Origin: an uncultured Actinomycetes bacterium
Lineage (GTDB): Bacteria > Actinomycetota > Thermoleophilia > UBA2241
Reading direction: 5' to 3'
DNA length: 34,095 nucleotides
Assembly: GCA_963755025.1 (NCBI GenBank)
Contig: CAVWIH010000008.1
Location: 1-34,095 of the forward strand
A program made the translations under genes and the position numbers. Below the pieces are notes generated by a model that saw only the letters and a program-made list of their open reading frames with translations, was not told where the DNA came from and ran no database searches. Position 1 is the stretch's first letter. Every line of letters begins with the position of its first letter. Shown piece by piece: positions 7,848 through 16,677 of the stretch.

Positions 7848-8903
7848 GTGAGCGCCGTCGGTGACCGGGCGGGCAGCCTCTACGACGAGCGGCTGGCCAA
7901 GCTCGACCTGACCATCGAGGGCTACGAGCTGCGTGCGCCACGAGCAGGCCGTGTCGAGCGGCTTCACGCGGGTGACCACCGAGATCGTGCTGCGGGGGCG
8001 CGGCAAAGAGGGCCGCGGCGAAGACGTGACCTACGACGCGCCCGACCACGACGACTACCCGGCGCGACCTCGGCCTGGGCTGGGCCGGCACGCTGCACGC
8101 GTTCCTGCGACGGCTCGTCGTGGCAGCCGCTGTTTGCCCGTGAGCCCGCACGCCCGGCCAGCCGCGACTACCGGCGCTGGGCCTTCGAGAGCGCCGCGCT
8201 CGACCTGGCCCTGCGCCAGGCCGGCCTGTCGCTCGGCGAGGCCCTGGGGCTGCCCTACCGGCCGGTGCGCTTCGTCGTCTCGACGCGCCACGACATACAG
8301 CCCTGGCTGGCGCTCTACCCGGGCCTGCAGTTCAAGCTCGACCCCACGGTCGACTGGGACGCCGAGCTGATCGCGAGCGTGGCCGGCACCGGCAGCGTGC
8401 GCATCGTCGACTTCAAGGCCTACTACGCCGCCGGCATGATGGCCGACGCGCCCGACGCCGCCGTGTACAAGGCCGTGCTGGCCGCGTTTCCCAACGCGAT
8501 CGTCGAAGACGCCGCCACTGACGGCGAGACCGGCGAGCTGGTGCGCGCCGCGGCGCGCCGCCTGTCGTGGGACGCGCCCATCCACTCCTGGGCCGACGTC
8601 GAGGAGATGCCCTGCCCGGCGCGCCACCTGAACATCAAGCCCTCGCGGTTCGGCACGCTGCGCGCGCTGATCGACTGCATCGAGCGCGCCCGCTCCGCCG
8701 GTATCGAGCTCTACGGCGGCGGTCAGTTCGAGCTGGGCGTGGGCCGCGGCCAGATCCAGGCCCTGGCCAGCCTGTTCTACGCCGACGGCCCCAACGACGT
8801 CGCGCCCATCGGTTACAACGAACCCGAGGCCCGCGCGGGCTTGCCGGTCAGCCCGCTCGAGCCGCCGGCGCGCGCGGCCGGCTTTGGCTTCGACGGCGCC
8901 TGA
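7848..8903 (+). CDS. Enolase-superfamily-like protein (MLE/OSBS-like fold); 2-3 apparent frameshifts (~7932, ~8064, ~8120)
   Basis: Joined frames read LTIEGYEL..EQAVSSGFTRVTTEIVLRG..GRGEDVTYD, RRWAFESAALDLALRQ, FKLD, IVDFK, IVED, WDAPIHS, NIKPSRFG and YGGGQFELG. The start codon is uncertain. Confidence 0.65.
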   Translation: MSAVGDRAGSLYDERLAKLDLTIEGYELRAPRAGRVERLHAGDHRDRAAGARQRGPRRRRDLRRARPRRLPGATSAWAGPARCTRSCDGSSWQPLFAREPARPASRDYRRWAFESAALDLALRQAGLSLGEALGLPYRPVRFVVSTRHDIQPWLALYPGLQFKLDPTVDWDAELIASVAGTGSVRIVDFKAYYAAGMMADAPDAAVYKAVLAAFPNAIVEDAATDGETGELVRAAARRLSWDAPIHSWADVEEMPCPARHLNIKPSRFGTLRALIDCIERARSAGIELYGGGQFELGVGRGQIQALASLFYADGPNDVAPIGYNEPEARAGLPVSPLEPPARAAGFGFDGA

Positions 8904-8936
8904 CGTCTCTGCATCCCGACGGTCGCGCGCAGAGCT

Positions 8937-8945
8937 TGGTAAGAT
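8937..8945 (+). promoter_or_regulatory. Extended -10 promoter TGgTAAGAT
   Basis: TG-n-TAAGAT lies about 55 nt upstream of ATG 9001. Confidence 0.5.
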
Positions 8946-9000
8946 GAGACGAGAGGTCGGAGGCAGGCCACGTTCGGGCCTGCAGGCCCCAGGAGGCACC

Positions 9001-9480
9001 ATGACAGCCAGCACGATCGATCCCGCCGCGGCGCGCCAGGTCGTCGACGCGCTCGCCGAGCACGAAGACGCGATCGGCGACCTGTACGACGCCTACGCCA
9101 CCCTGCTGACCGCCACGGCGAGCTTCTGGCAGGGCCTGTCGGCCGAGGAATACGGCCACGGGTCGCTCATGCGCGACCTCGCGGCCCGCGAGCACGAGCT
9201 CGACGTGTTCGTCGACGCGCGCCGCTTTCCGCTGGCCCAGCTGCGCCGCGCCACGCGCGACGTGCGCGACCAGATCGAGCTCGCCGGCAGCAGCGGCGTG
9301 ACGCTCGTGCAGGCGCTCGAGACCGCCCTGGGCTTCGAGCAGGAGATGGTCGAGCGCGAGGCTTACCAGGTCTTCGCCAGCGACTCGCTCAACGTGGGGC
9401 GCGTGCTCAAGCACCTGCGTGTCTCGTCGGAACGCCATCGCGACAGCATCAGGGAGCTCCTGATGCGCCAGCCGCGCTAG
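9001..9480 (+). CDS. Ferritin-like/rubrerythrin-like four-helix protein, 159 aa
   Basis: AGGAGG RBS at 8991-8996. E...LY...FW..LSAEEYGH and ALGFE...SSERH show a diiron-type ExxH pattern, with the second site partly degenerate. Confidence 0.7.
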   Translation: MTASTIDPAAARQVVDALAEHEDAIGDLYDAYATLLTATASFWQGLSAEEYGHGSLMRDLAAREHELDVFVDARRFPLAQLRRATRDVRDQIELAGSSGVTLVQALETALGFEQEMVEREAYQVFASDSLNVGRVLKHLRVSSERHRDSIRELLMRQPR

Positions 9481-9493
9481 GCCGGGGCGAGGC

Positions 9494-10222
9494 ATGCCGA
9501 TCTGCGACAATTGCGGCACGGGCCTGCCCGTGGGCTACGAATACTGCTTTCAGTGCGGCTACCCCGTGCGCGGCCTGCCGCCCGACGCTCCCGACACCGA
9601 CGCGGCGGGGGCGGCCGGCATGTTGCCGCCCCCGCCGCCCGGCGCCGGTGAGAGCGCCGCGCCGTTCGGCTCGCCGCCGCCCTTCGGCTACCAGGCGGCG
9701 ACCGGGTACGCCGCGCCGGCGGCGACCATGCGCACCCAGGTGCTCGCCGGCTGGAACGTGCGCCTGATGGCGGCCCTGATCGACTATCTGGTGGTCTCGT
9801 TCGTGGTGGTCGCGGTCTGCTACGCCTGGTTTGCCGGCTCGCTGGGGGGCAGTCAGGGAATCATCAACCACCTCGTGGGCGACAACGCCGATTCGCACAC
9901 GGTGCTCGTTCTCGAGATCGCGCTCATGGGCGGCTTCTTTGCCTACAACATGATCTGCGAGGCGGTGTTTCACGCTACGCTGGGCAAGCGCATGCTCAAC
10001 CTGCACGTGGTGGCCTACGGGGGCGCCCGCGCCGGCGTGCCCGCCCTGCTGGTGCGCAACCTGACCAAGGCGCTGAGCTGCCTCATCCCCTTTGTCGGCG
10101 TGCCCGTCGCCATGGTGAGCATCGCGCTCGGCGCCAACAACCAGCGCATCGGCGACCGCCTGGCAGGCACCTACGTGCTGCGCGACGTGGCCACCATCGT
10201 CGCGCCCGGCACGCCCCGCTAG
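9494..10222 (+). CDS. RDD family membrane protein with N-terminal zinc ribbon
   Basis: CDNCG...CFQCG, a Pro-rich linker, RLMAALID, TLGKR, LVRN and QRIGDRLAGTYV. Confidence 0.88.
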   Translation: MPICDNCGTGLPVGYEYCFQCGYPVRGLPPDAPDTDAAGAAGMLPPPPPGAGESAAPFGSPPPFGYQAATGYAAPAATMRTQVLAGWNVRLMAALIDYLVVSFVVVAVCYAWFAGSLGGSQGIINHLVGDNADSHTVLVLEIALMGGFFAYNMICEAVFHATLGKRMLNLHVVAYGGARAGVPALLVRNLTKALSCLIPFVGVPVAMVSIALGANNQRIGDRLAGTYVLRDVATIVAPGTPR

Positions 10223-10228
10223 AGCGCC

Positions 10229-10618
10229 GTGCCTGCCAAGCGGCGCGCACTGGTGCTCGTGCAGCTCGCCTACGCGGCGCTCAGTGCGGCCGCGGCGGTC
10301 GCGCTGATCTTCGACCTGGGGCCCGTCTCTCACGCCATCAACCAGACCTCGGAGCGCATCGTGGGCGCTGCGCTGCTGGCTATGGGCGTGGGCGCGCTGG
10401 CCGTGGCCCGCGACCCCGCCGCCAACCGCATCATGCTGCGCGTCGAGTTCGTCTTTCTCGCTGTCTGCACGGTCTCGCTCGTCTGGAAGATGGTGATCGA
10501 CGAGGGTGCCGGACCAAGCACCTGGGTGCTGCTCGCCGGCCTCGCCGTGGGCCTCGCGCTGCTCGCCTGGCTGGCGCCGGCCGCGACCGACGACCCCGCG
10601 TCCGGCCGCCGCCTCTAG
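10229..10618 (+). CDS. Hypothetical membrane protein (~4 TM)
   Basis: Four hydrophobic segments, GC3-biased codons, 6 nt downstream of the RDD gene. Confidence 0.7.
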   Translation: MPAKRRALVLVQLAYAALSAAAAVALIFDLGPVSHAINQTSERIVGAALLAMGVGALAVARDPAANRIMLRVEFVFLAVCTVSLVWKMVIDEGAGPSTWVLLAGLAVGLALLAWLAPAATDDPASGRRL

Positions 10619-10637
10619 CCGTCGCGCCGGCCGCAGC

Positions 10638-10672
10638 CTCCGCGCCGGCCCCGGGCTCCGCGCCGGCCCCGG
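10638..10672. repeat. 18-bp-period direct duplication (CTCCGCGCCGGCCCCGG x2)
   Basis: Copies at 10638-10654 and 10656-10672. Confidence 0.75.
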
Positions 10673-10747
10673 CCCCCTCCGGCCCTCCGTTCGGCGGTAG
10701 TATGCTCGCTGCACGGCAAGCCGCCAGGCCGACACGGGGGTACCAGC

Positions 10748-12382
10748 ATGGAACGGGCCGTCAGACTCTTGCGCGCCGGCGTGGTCGTGGTGGTGCTCGG
10801 TTGCCTTGCCGGGGCCGTGTGCGCCGCGCGCGCCCAGGCCTTCGCGCCGTACCGTATTCCCCCGCGCGTGCCCACGCCCAGCTCGGCGGCGGTGCGCGAG
10901 CTGTTGCAGGGCTCCAGCGTCTCGTCGACCGATTCGTGGATCGTCGTCCACCTGCAGGGCAGCCCTTACCGCATCGGCTTTCAGAACGGCTACCTGACCG
11001 CGCAGTCGTCGGACTACGCGATCCTGGTCGACGTGGGCACGCGCGGCAGCGCCGCGCGCACGATGGCCCGCACCGTGGCGCGCCGCTACATCTGGCCGCG
11101 CGTTCCGGCTGAGTACCGCGCCGAGCTGCGCGGCATAGCCAACGGCATGCACGCCGCCGGGTACCCCAACGACACACTCTGGGACGTGGTCGCCGCCAAC
11201 GCCTGGGCCGACGAAGACTGCTACGCCACGCTGCTGGGCAGGTCGGCGACGGCCGCGACGGCCGCGACCGCGACGGCCGGCGCTACGACGGCCGCCGGCG
11301 CGGCAACGACGACGGCCGACGCCACCACGACGACAGCCGGCGCGACGGCCGCGACCACGGCTGCGACCTCTGCGCCGCTCGCCCTCGCCGCCCACCGCAA
11401 GGGCAAGGGCGGCTGCAGCGCCTTCATCGCCACCGGGTCGGCGACCGCCGACGGCGCGCCGGTCATGGGCCACGACACCTGGTCGCAGTACAGCGGCGCC
11501 TTCATGTACAACGTCATGTTCTACGTGCACCCGCTCAAGGGCTACGCCTTCAGCTACCAGTCGGCCGGCGGCGAGATCTGGAGCGGACAGGACTGGTACG
11601 AGAACAGCGCCGGCCTGCTGCTCACCGAGACCACGCTGGCCGACACGGTCTACACGCCGAGCGGCACCCCCGTGTTCGTGCGGGCGCGCGAGGCGGCCCA
11701 GTACGACGCCACCGTCGCCCAGGCCGTCCACACCCTCGTGCACGCCAACAACGGGGCCTACTCGAACGAGTGGCTGATCGGCGACTCCACGGGCACGATC
11801 GCCTCGCTGCAGCTCGGCGGCAAGGTGTACGACCTGCACGTGACCAGGAACGGCTTCTACGGCTCCTCGAACTTCGACTGGGGCACGAAGACGCGGGCCG
11901 AGGAGCGCGCCCACGACGCCGGCTGGGCGCCCGACGCCTACAACGACGCCCTCGTCGACTACGCGCGCTACCGGCGCTGGGGTCAGCTCAAGACCGCCTA
12001 CAGCGGCAAGATCGACGCGGCGGTCGGCAAGACCATGGAGTCGGACACCTTCGACACCTACTTGGGCAGGCGTCAGGCCGACGCCAGGGACCTGTGCGGC
12101 GAGCCCGAGCACGGCACGCCCGGCCTGCGCGCGTGGGACAGCTGGGTGACCCTGCCCGAGGGCGCGACCGACGGCAAGGTCTGCACCGAGGCCATGGCGC
12201 GCAGCGGCCTGCAGTCGTGGGCCTGCTGGGGGCACGGCAGCGGCGATCATTTCAGCGCCGCCCGCTACGTCGCCAGCCCGAGCTGGCGGGCGAGCAACGG
12301 CGCGCTCGGGGTGTTCGGCCTCAAGACCTTCGCGGCGCAGACCACCGATCGCTGGGTGGCGCTGTACGATCCGGCCGGCTAG
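10748..12382 (+). CDS. Secreted Ntn-hydrolase, C45 acyltransferase/phospholipase-B-like family
   Basis: Signal peptide (ARAQA), HLQGSPYRIGFQNG, EYRAELRGIANG, putative autocleavage site GG|CSAFIATGS, GLLLTETT and NNGAYSNEWLIGD. Confidence 0.8.
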   Translation: MERAVRLLRAGVVVVVLGCLAGAVCAARAQAFAPYRIPPRVPTPSSAAVRELLQGSSVSSTDSWIVVHLQGSPYRIGFQNGYLTAQSSDYAILVDVGTRGSAARTMARTVARRYIWPRVPAEYRAELRGIANGMHAAGYPNDTLWDVVAANAWADEDCYATLLGRSATAATAATATAGATTAAGAATTTADATTTTAGATAATTAATSAPLALAAHRKGKGGCSAFIATGSATADGAPVMGHDTWSQYSGAFMYNVMFYVHPLKGYAFSYQSAGGEIWSGQDWYENSAGLLLTETTLADTVYTPSGTPVFVRAREAAQYDATVAQAVHTLVHANNGAYSNEWLIGDSTGTIASLQLGGKVYDLHVTRNGFYGSSNFDWGTKTRAEERAHDAGWAPDAYNDALVDYARYRRWGQLKTAYSGKIDAAVGKTMESDTFDTYLGRRQADARDLCGEPEHGTPGLRAWDSWVTLPEGATDGKVCTEAMARSGLQSWACWGHGSGDHFSAARYVASPSWRASNGALGVFGLKTFAAQTTDRWVALYDPAG

Positions 12383-12430
12383 GGCTGCGCGAACCTGCGT
12401 TCGGCGTGGCGGCTCGCCGTCGGCCCGGTC

Positions 12431-13657
12431 TTACGAGGGGCTGCGGTCGGCGTCGTGAGCCGCCGCCAGCCGGCCGAGCGGCGGCACCGCGACGAGGCGG
12501 CGCTTGAGGGCGCGGCGCGCCTGCCAGTAGATGTCGTTGCGGTCCCTGACGAGCAGCGCCCAGCGCTCGCGGGCGTAGAGGGCGCGGTCGAAGCGCGAGC
12601 GGTACACCGACACGCGGTAGGCCGTCACCGGAGCGGCGCCGAGGTGCTGCTTGTAGTCGATCGTGCCCCACGTGAGGTGCATGCGGGCATAGCCCAGCGC
12701 GATGGCGTCGCAGATCGCGAACGACGCCATGAGCGCGCCCAGGTGCACGTCTTCGTAGAAGGGGTCGAAGCCCCCGGTGTGCGCCCAGCAGTCGTCGCCC
12801 ACGAACAGCCGCAGGATAGCCGCCACGCACCGGTCGCCGTCGTATCCGCACAGCGCCGAGCCGTGGCGCTGCACCAGGCGCCACAGCTTGTGCGCGGTCG
12901 CAGCCTGGTCGGCGAACATCCAGGACTCGCCCTTGCCGCAGATGCGCTGCCGGTTCCATTCGAGGATCTGCTCGACCAGCGGCAGCGTGATGGCGTCGCC
13001 TTCGAGCGTCTCGAGCCTGAAGTCCGGATGCTTGCGGCGCAGCCCGTTGCGATACCTGTGCAGGTGCCTGCGCGTCGAGGTGCCCAGACGCGACTCCCAC
13101 GCCCAGGAGCTGCCCTTCGGCAATTCGACCACCTGGTCGTCGCTACGAAAGGTCTGGCGCAGCGGCCGGTGCAGCTCGCGCGGCGGGAACTTGATCTCGG
13201 CCCTGATGCGGCGCAGCTCGGGGTGGGCGCGAAAGATCGCGGCCGTCACGCGCTCGAAGGCGGCCGGTTCGATGGCGGCCACCTTGTTGAGCACGTCGGC
13301 GGTGGCGCCGTGCGGGGCGAAGACGACGACGTGGCGCGGCTCGTGCAGCTCGCACACGCCCACCCGCTGCGGGCGGTCGTAGGTGGCGAAGTACTCGGCG
13401 GTGCTGAAGGGGCTGCCGTACAGGGCGGGCAGTTCGGCGAGCAGCTCGGCCGGCGCGTCGGCGAGCCTGCCGTCGGGGTGCACGACCGCGCCCAGGTCGG
13501 CATACCACAAGGGGCCGGGCACGCCGCCGGCGGGCCTGGCCGCCCGTCGCGCCGGACTCATTTCGGCGATGCTCAGGTGATCGGTCGTGGCGTTCCTGTT
13601 CGTCTGGTCGGGGCCGGTCGCGCGCGCCACCCGCGCCCGCGCGGCGTACCTACCCAC
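12431..13657 (-). CDS. GNAT family acetyltransferase (CelD/BcsL, Acetyltransf_6-like), paralog 1; start may be ATG 13561
   Basis: LGTSTRRHL..YRN.LRR, GGFDPFYEDVHLG and HLTWGTIDYKQHLGA. Confidence 0.8.
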   Translation of the reverse strand: MGRYAARARVARATGPDQTNRNATTDHLSIAEMSPARRAARPAGGVPGPLWYADLGAVVHPDGRLADAPAELLAELPALYGSPFSTAEYFATYDRPQRVGVCELHEPRHVVVFAPHGATADVLNKVAAIEPAAFERVTAAIFRAHPELRRIRAEIKFPPRELHRPLRQTFRSDDQVVELPKGSSWAWESRLGTSTRRHLHRYRNGLRRKHPDFRLETLEGDAITLPLVEQILEWNRQRICGKGESWMFADQAATAHKLWRLVQRHGSALCGYDGDRCVAAILRLFVGDDCWAHTGGFDPFYEDVHLGALMASFAICDAIALGYARMHLTWGTIDYKQHLGAAPVTAYRVSVYRSRFDRALYARERWALLVRDRNDIYWQARRALKRRLVAVPPLGRLAAAHDADRSPS

Positions 13658-13738
13658 GACGCGCGGCGGGGCAGTCCCGTTGTACGACGGCCGCGACGGC
13701 TGGCCGGGCGATCCCGTTCTACGAGGGGATCGCGACCT

Positions 13739-14890
13739 TCAGGAGCGCGGCCTGCGCGGTGCAGCCTCGGCCGCCAGGGCCATCAGGCGCCGCTTGAGCC
13801 GGCGGCGCGCCCGCCAGTAGTAGATCTTGCGGTCGCGCACGAGGGCGCGCCACTCCTCGCGGGCGTACAGCGCCTTGTCGAGGCGCGAACGAAAGACGGC
13901 GATGCGGTAGGCCCTGACCGGTACGGCGCCCAGGCGCTGTTTATAGTCGACGGTGCCCCAGCCGAAGTGCAGGCGCGCCGCGCCGCGGCGGATGGCCTCG
14001 CTCACGCAGAACGTGGTCATGAGAAAGCCGAGATGCAGGTCGGCGCAGTCCGGGTCGAACCCTCCGAGCTGCGCCCAGCAGTCGGGCCCCAGGTGCAGCA
14101 GGAGCTCGCCGGCCACCAGCTCGTCGCCCAGGTAGCCGCACAGCGCCACGCCGCGCGACTGGAGCAGCCGCCAGAGCTTGTGGGGGGCGGCCGGCTGTTC
14201 GTCGTAGATGTAGCTCTCGCCCTTGGCCACGACGCGCTGCCGGTTCCAGGCGAAGACCTGCTCGACCAGCGACAGGCCGATCTGGGCGCCTTCGATGGTC
14301 TCGAGCCTGAAGTCGGGGTGCGCGCGCTGCAGCCGGTTGCGGTACTCGGGGAGATGGCGGCGCGTGGAGGTGCCCAGGCGATGCTCCCAGGATGCCTGCG
14401 AGGCGGGCAGCTCGAGCGTCTGGTCGTCGGCCCAGTAGAGCTGGTGCGCCGGCAGGCTGAGCTTGCGCGGCGCGAACTTGACCTCGGCCCGAATGCGTCT
14501 GACCTCGGGGTGCGCCCGAAAGATGGCCGCCGCCACGCGTTCGACCGCCGCCGGCTCGATGTCGATCACCTTGTTGAGCACGTCGGCGGTGGCGCCGCGC
14601 GTGCTGAAGGCCACCACGTGGCGCGGCTCGTCGAGCTCGCAGGCGTAGATGCGGCGGGGCCGGTCGTAGGCCCTGAAGTACTCGGCGGTGCTGTAGGGGC
14701 TGCGGTACAGCGCGGGCAGCTCGTCGAGCACGTGGTCGGGGGCGCCGTCAAGGTGGACGACCGCGCCGAGGTCGGGGTAGAGAGCGCGCCGGTCGGGGGG
14801 CGCCGTCGCGGGCGGCGGCGGCACGAGCCGCAGATGCGGTCGCGGGGGCGCGTCGGCCGACGCGGCATCCGGCCCTGGGTGCGGATGCAC
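13739..14890 (-). CDS. GNAT family acetyltransferase (CelD/BcsL, Acetyltransf_6-like), paralog 2
   Basis: Collinear with paralog 1 (DLGAVVH, LPALY.SP.STAEYF, GATADVLNKV, HPDFRLET, HFGWGTVDYKQRLGA). Confidence 0.8.
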   Translation of the reverse strand: MHPHPGPDAASADAPPRPHLRLVPPPPATAPPDRRALYPDLGAVVHLDGAPDHVLDELPALYRSPYSTAEYFRAYDRPRRIYACELDEPRHVVAFSTRGATADVLNKVIDIEPAAVERVAAAIFRAHPEVRRIRAEVKFAPRKLSLPAHQLYWADDQTLELPASQASWEHRLGTSTRRHLPEYRNRLQRAHPDFRLETIEGAQIGLSLVEQVFAWNRQRVVAKGESYIYDEQPAAPHKLWRLLQSRGVALCGYLGDELVAGELLLHLGPDCWAQLGGFDPDCADLHLGFLMTTFCVSEAIRRGAARLHFGWGTVDYKQRLGAVPVRAYRIAVFRSRLDKALYAREEWRALVRDRKIYYWRARRRLKRRLMALAAEAAPRRPRS

Positions 14891-15026
14891 CCTTGTGGGG
14901 GACGGCCCTGGTCCTAGCGGCAGTTCCTGCGGGTCCGTGATGCCTCTTTTGTCACTGTCGTGCCTGCGGCGGTGTATGCCGCGAACAGAGTTTTCCCAGC
15001 AAACCGGCGAAACGGGCTCGTTGTGA

Positions 15027-15171
15027 CCGGCGGTGCGCTCGCGGCTCGGGACCGCGCGGTGCGCTCGCGGCCCGGCGGTGCGCTCGCGGTCCGGCGGTGC
15101 GCTCGCGGTCCGGCGGTGCGCGCGGTGTCGCTCGCGGCCCGGCGAGCGCGCGACCCCGGTGCCGCGAGCGC
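15027..15171. repeat. Minisatellite of core GCGGTGCGCTCGCGG (~19-bp period) with an inverted partial copy
   Basis: Cores at 15030-15044, 15056-15070, 15075-15089 and 15094-15108, degenerate copies to ~15137, and inverted CCGCGAGCGC at 15162-15171. Confidence 0.85.
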
Positions 15172-15178
15172 GGTGACC

Positions 15179-15823
15179 TCAGTGCGAGCGCGCGCCGCAG
15201 TCGAGGGTAAAGAACACGACGCCGGAGACGCCCTTGAACGTGCCTGCGGCGCGGCCCACGCCGGCGCTACGGAAGCTCCGGTCCAGGATGATCGCGCGGT
15301 GCGGCGGGCTGTGCATCCAGGCCGCGAAGATGGCCGCGGCCGTGCCGCGCGAGCCGCTGCCGTAGGCGATGTCTTCGCCGACGGTCCAGCTGCGGTAGCC
15401 CGCCGGCGAAAAGCCGAAGCCGATCAGCCGCGCCGAGAACGACGCGCCGCTGTACGAGCTGTGGCTGAAGTAGCCGCGGCTCACCATCTCGCGCGAGTGC
15501 GAGCACGAGGCGCGTTCGAGGCTCGGCACGATCTTCAGGCGGGCCATGCCGCGCGCTGCGCGCGCGTGATTGACGAGGGCGAGGACGCGTTTCTCGGTGG
15601 GCGTTGCGGCGCTCGATGCGCGGGCGGTGGCGGCGTAATAGCCGCCGCCGCAGGTCACGGCGGCCACGACGACGAGCGTCGCCGCCAGGCTGCGGATGAG
15701 CGTGCGGGCGCGCGGCCGGGCGGGTGCGTGGCCGCGAGCGCCGGCGCGGTCGGTTGGCGGACTCGTTGGGTGGGGGGCGGGGGAGAGCTGCAAACAGGCG
15801 TTGGCCAGCCGTTTACGGTGCAT
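15179..15823 (-). CDS. CAP (SCP/Tpx-1/Ag5) domain exported protein
   Basis: AAGGAGG RBS, hydrophobic segment, LVNHARAARG, HSREM..GYFSH, GEDIA and WMHSPPHRAIIL. Confidence 0.88.
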   Translation of the reverse strand: MHRKRLANACLQLSPAPHPTSPPTDRAGARGHAPARPRARTLIRSLAATLVVVAAVTCGGGYYAATARASSAATPTEKRVLALVNHARAARGMARLKIVPSLERASCSHSREMVSRGYFSHSSYSGASFSARLIGFGFSPAGYRSWTVGEDIAYGSGSRGTAAAIFAAWMHSPPHRAIILDRSFRSAGVGRAAGTFKGVSGVVFFTLDCGARSH

Positions 15824-15931
15824 GACCTGCCTCCTTTCGAAAGTCCGTGGACTTCCTTGGGGTGGGCGCCGTCACGAGCGCCGTGCGCGTTTGGTCTGCT
15901 CTGGTTCGTTGCCTGGCCGGCAAACGCGGCG

Positions 15932-15960
15932 ACCCTACAACCCGCGGGCGGGTGGGTCAA
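15932..15960 (-). promoter_or_regulatory. sigma70-type promoter of CAP gene: TTGACC-N17-TAGGGT
   Basis: -35 at 15955-15960 and -10 at 15932-15937 with a 17-nt spacer. Palindrome ATCAC-GG-GTGAT (15960-15971) abuts the -35. Confidence 0.6.
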
Positions 15961-16091
15961 TCACGGGTGATATTCGTACGAGCTTGTAGAGATGAGATAA
16001 GAAGTCTTCGTCGGTCGGGAAGGAATGGCCGGCCGCCGGCGTCGTTGGTGGTGTACGCCAGAACAGCGATCCCAGGGAGGGTGAGGCCGAC

Positions 16092-16580
16092 ATGGGCACC
16101 CACCGCACGAAGACCTCTTTCACGAGCGTCCGCAGCGGCTGGCTGGTCGCCACCGTCGCGCTGGTCGCTCTGGCGGCCTTCGTGGCCGCCTGCGGCAGCT
16201 CGTCGGGCGCGAGCACCACCCCGGTCGCCACGCCGGCCACCGCGCCGGCAACCACGCCGGCGACCACGCCGTCGGTCAGCACGAGCGGCACCGCGGCCGC
16301 GAGCGCCGTGGCCATCCAGAACTTCACCTTCACGCCCAAGACGCTGACGGTCTCGCCGGGCACCACGGTGACCTGGACCAATAACGACTCGACCGTGCAC
16401 AACGTCATCTCGACCGTGAGCATCTCGCTGAACAGCGCCACCACGAGCACGTTCGCCAGCTCGAACCTGAACCAGGGCCAGACGTTCAGCTTCACCTTCA
16501 CCAAGAAGGGCGTGTACTTCTACGAGTGCTCGATCCACAAGGCGTTGGCCAGCATGCACGCCGAGGTGATCGTCAAGTAA
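16092..16580 (+). CDS. Cupredoxin (plastocyanin/amicyanin-like) lipoprotein
   Basis: GGGAGG RBS, lipobox FVAA-C, T/P/A linker, F.F.P..LTV..GTTVTWTN, HNV and YECSIHKALASM (type-1 Cu ligands H, C, H, M). Confidence 0.9.
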   Translation: MGTHRTKTSFTSVRSGWLVATVALVALAAFVAACGSSSGASTTPVATPATAPATTPATTPSVSTSGTAAASAVAIQNFTFTPKTLTVSPGTTVTWTNNDSTVHNVISTVSISLNSATTSTFASSNLNQGQTFSFTFTKKGVYFYECSIHKALASMHAEVIVK

Positions 16581-16677
16581 GGGGCCGTGGAGAACGGTTA
16601 ACGGCGCCCGGGCTCGCGGAAACGACTCCCTGACGATACGGCGCCCGGCCTTTGATCCATCCCACCACACAGGAGGC

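Noticed and set aside
9449-14917. Long antisense or alternative-frame ORFs (e.g. 9449-12250 -, 12455-14917 +; also 4456-6792 + and 5276-7603 -)
   Set aside because: Shadow ORFs expected at very high GC. They overlap well-supported genes and lack recognisable motifs.
15027-15171. CRISPR array
   Set aside because: Repeats are 15-19 bp and nearly contiguous, with no unique ~30-nt spacers and no cas genes.
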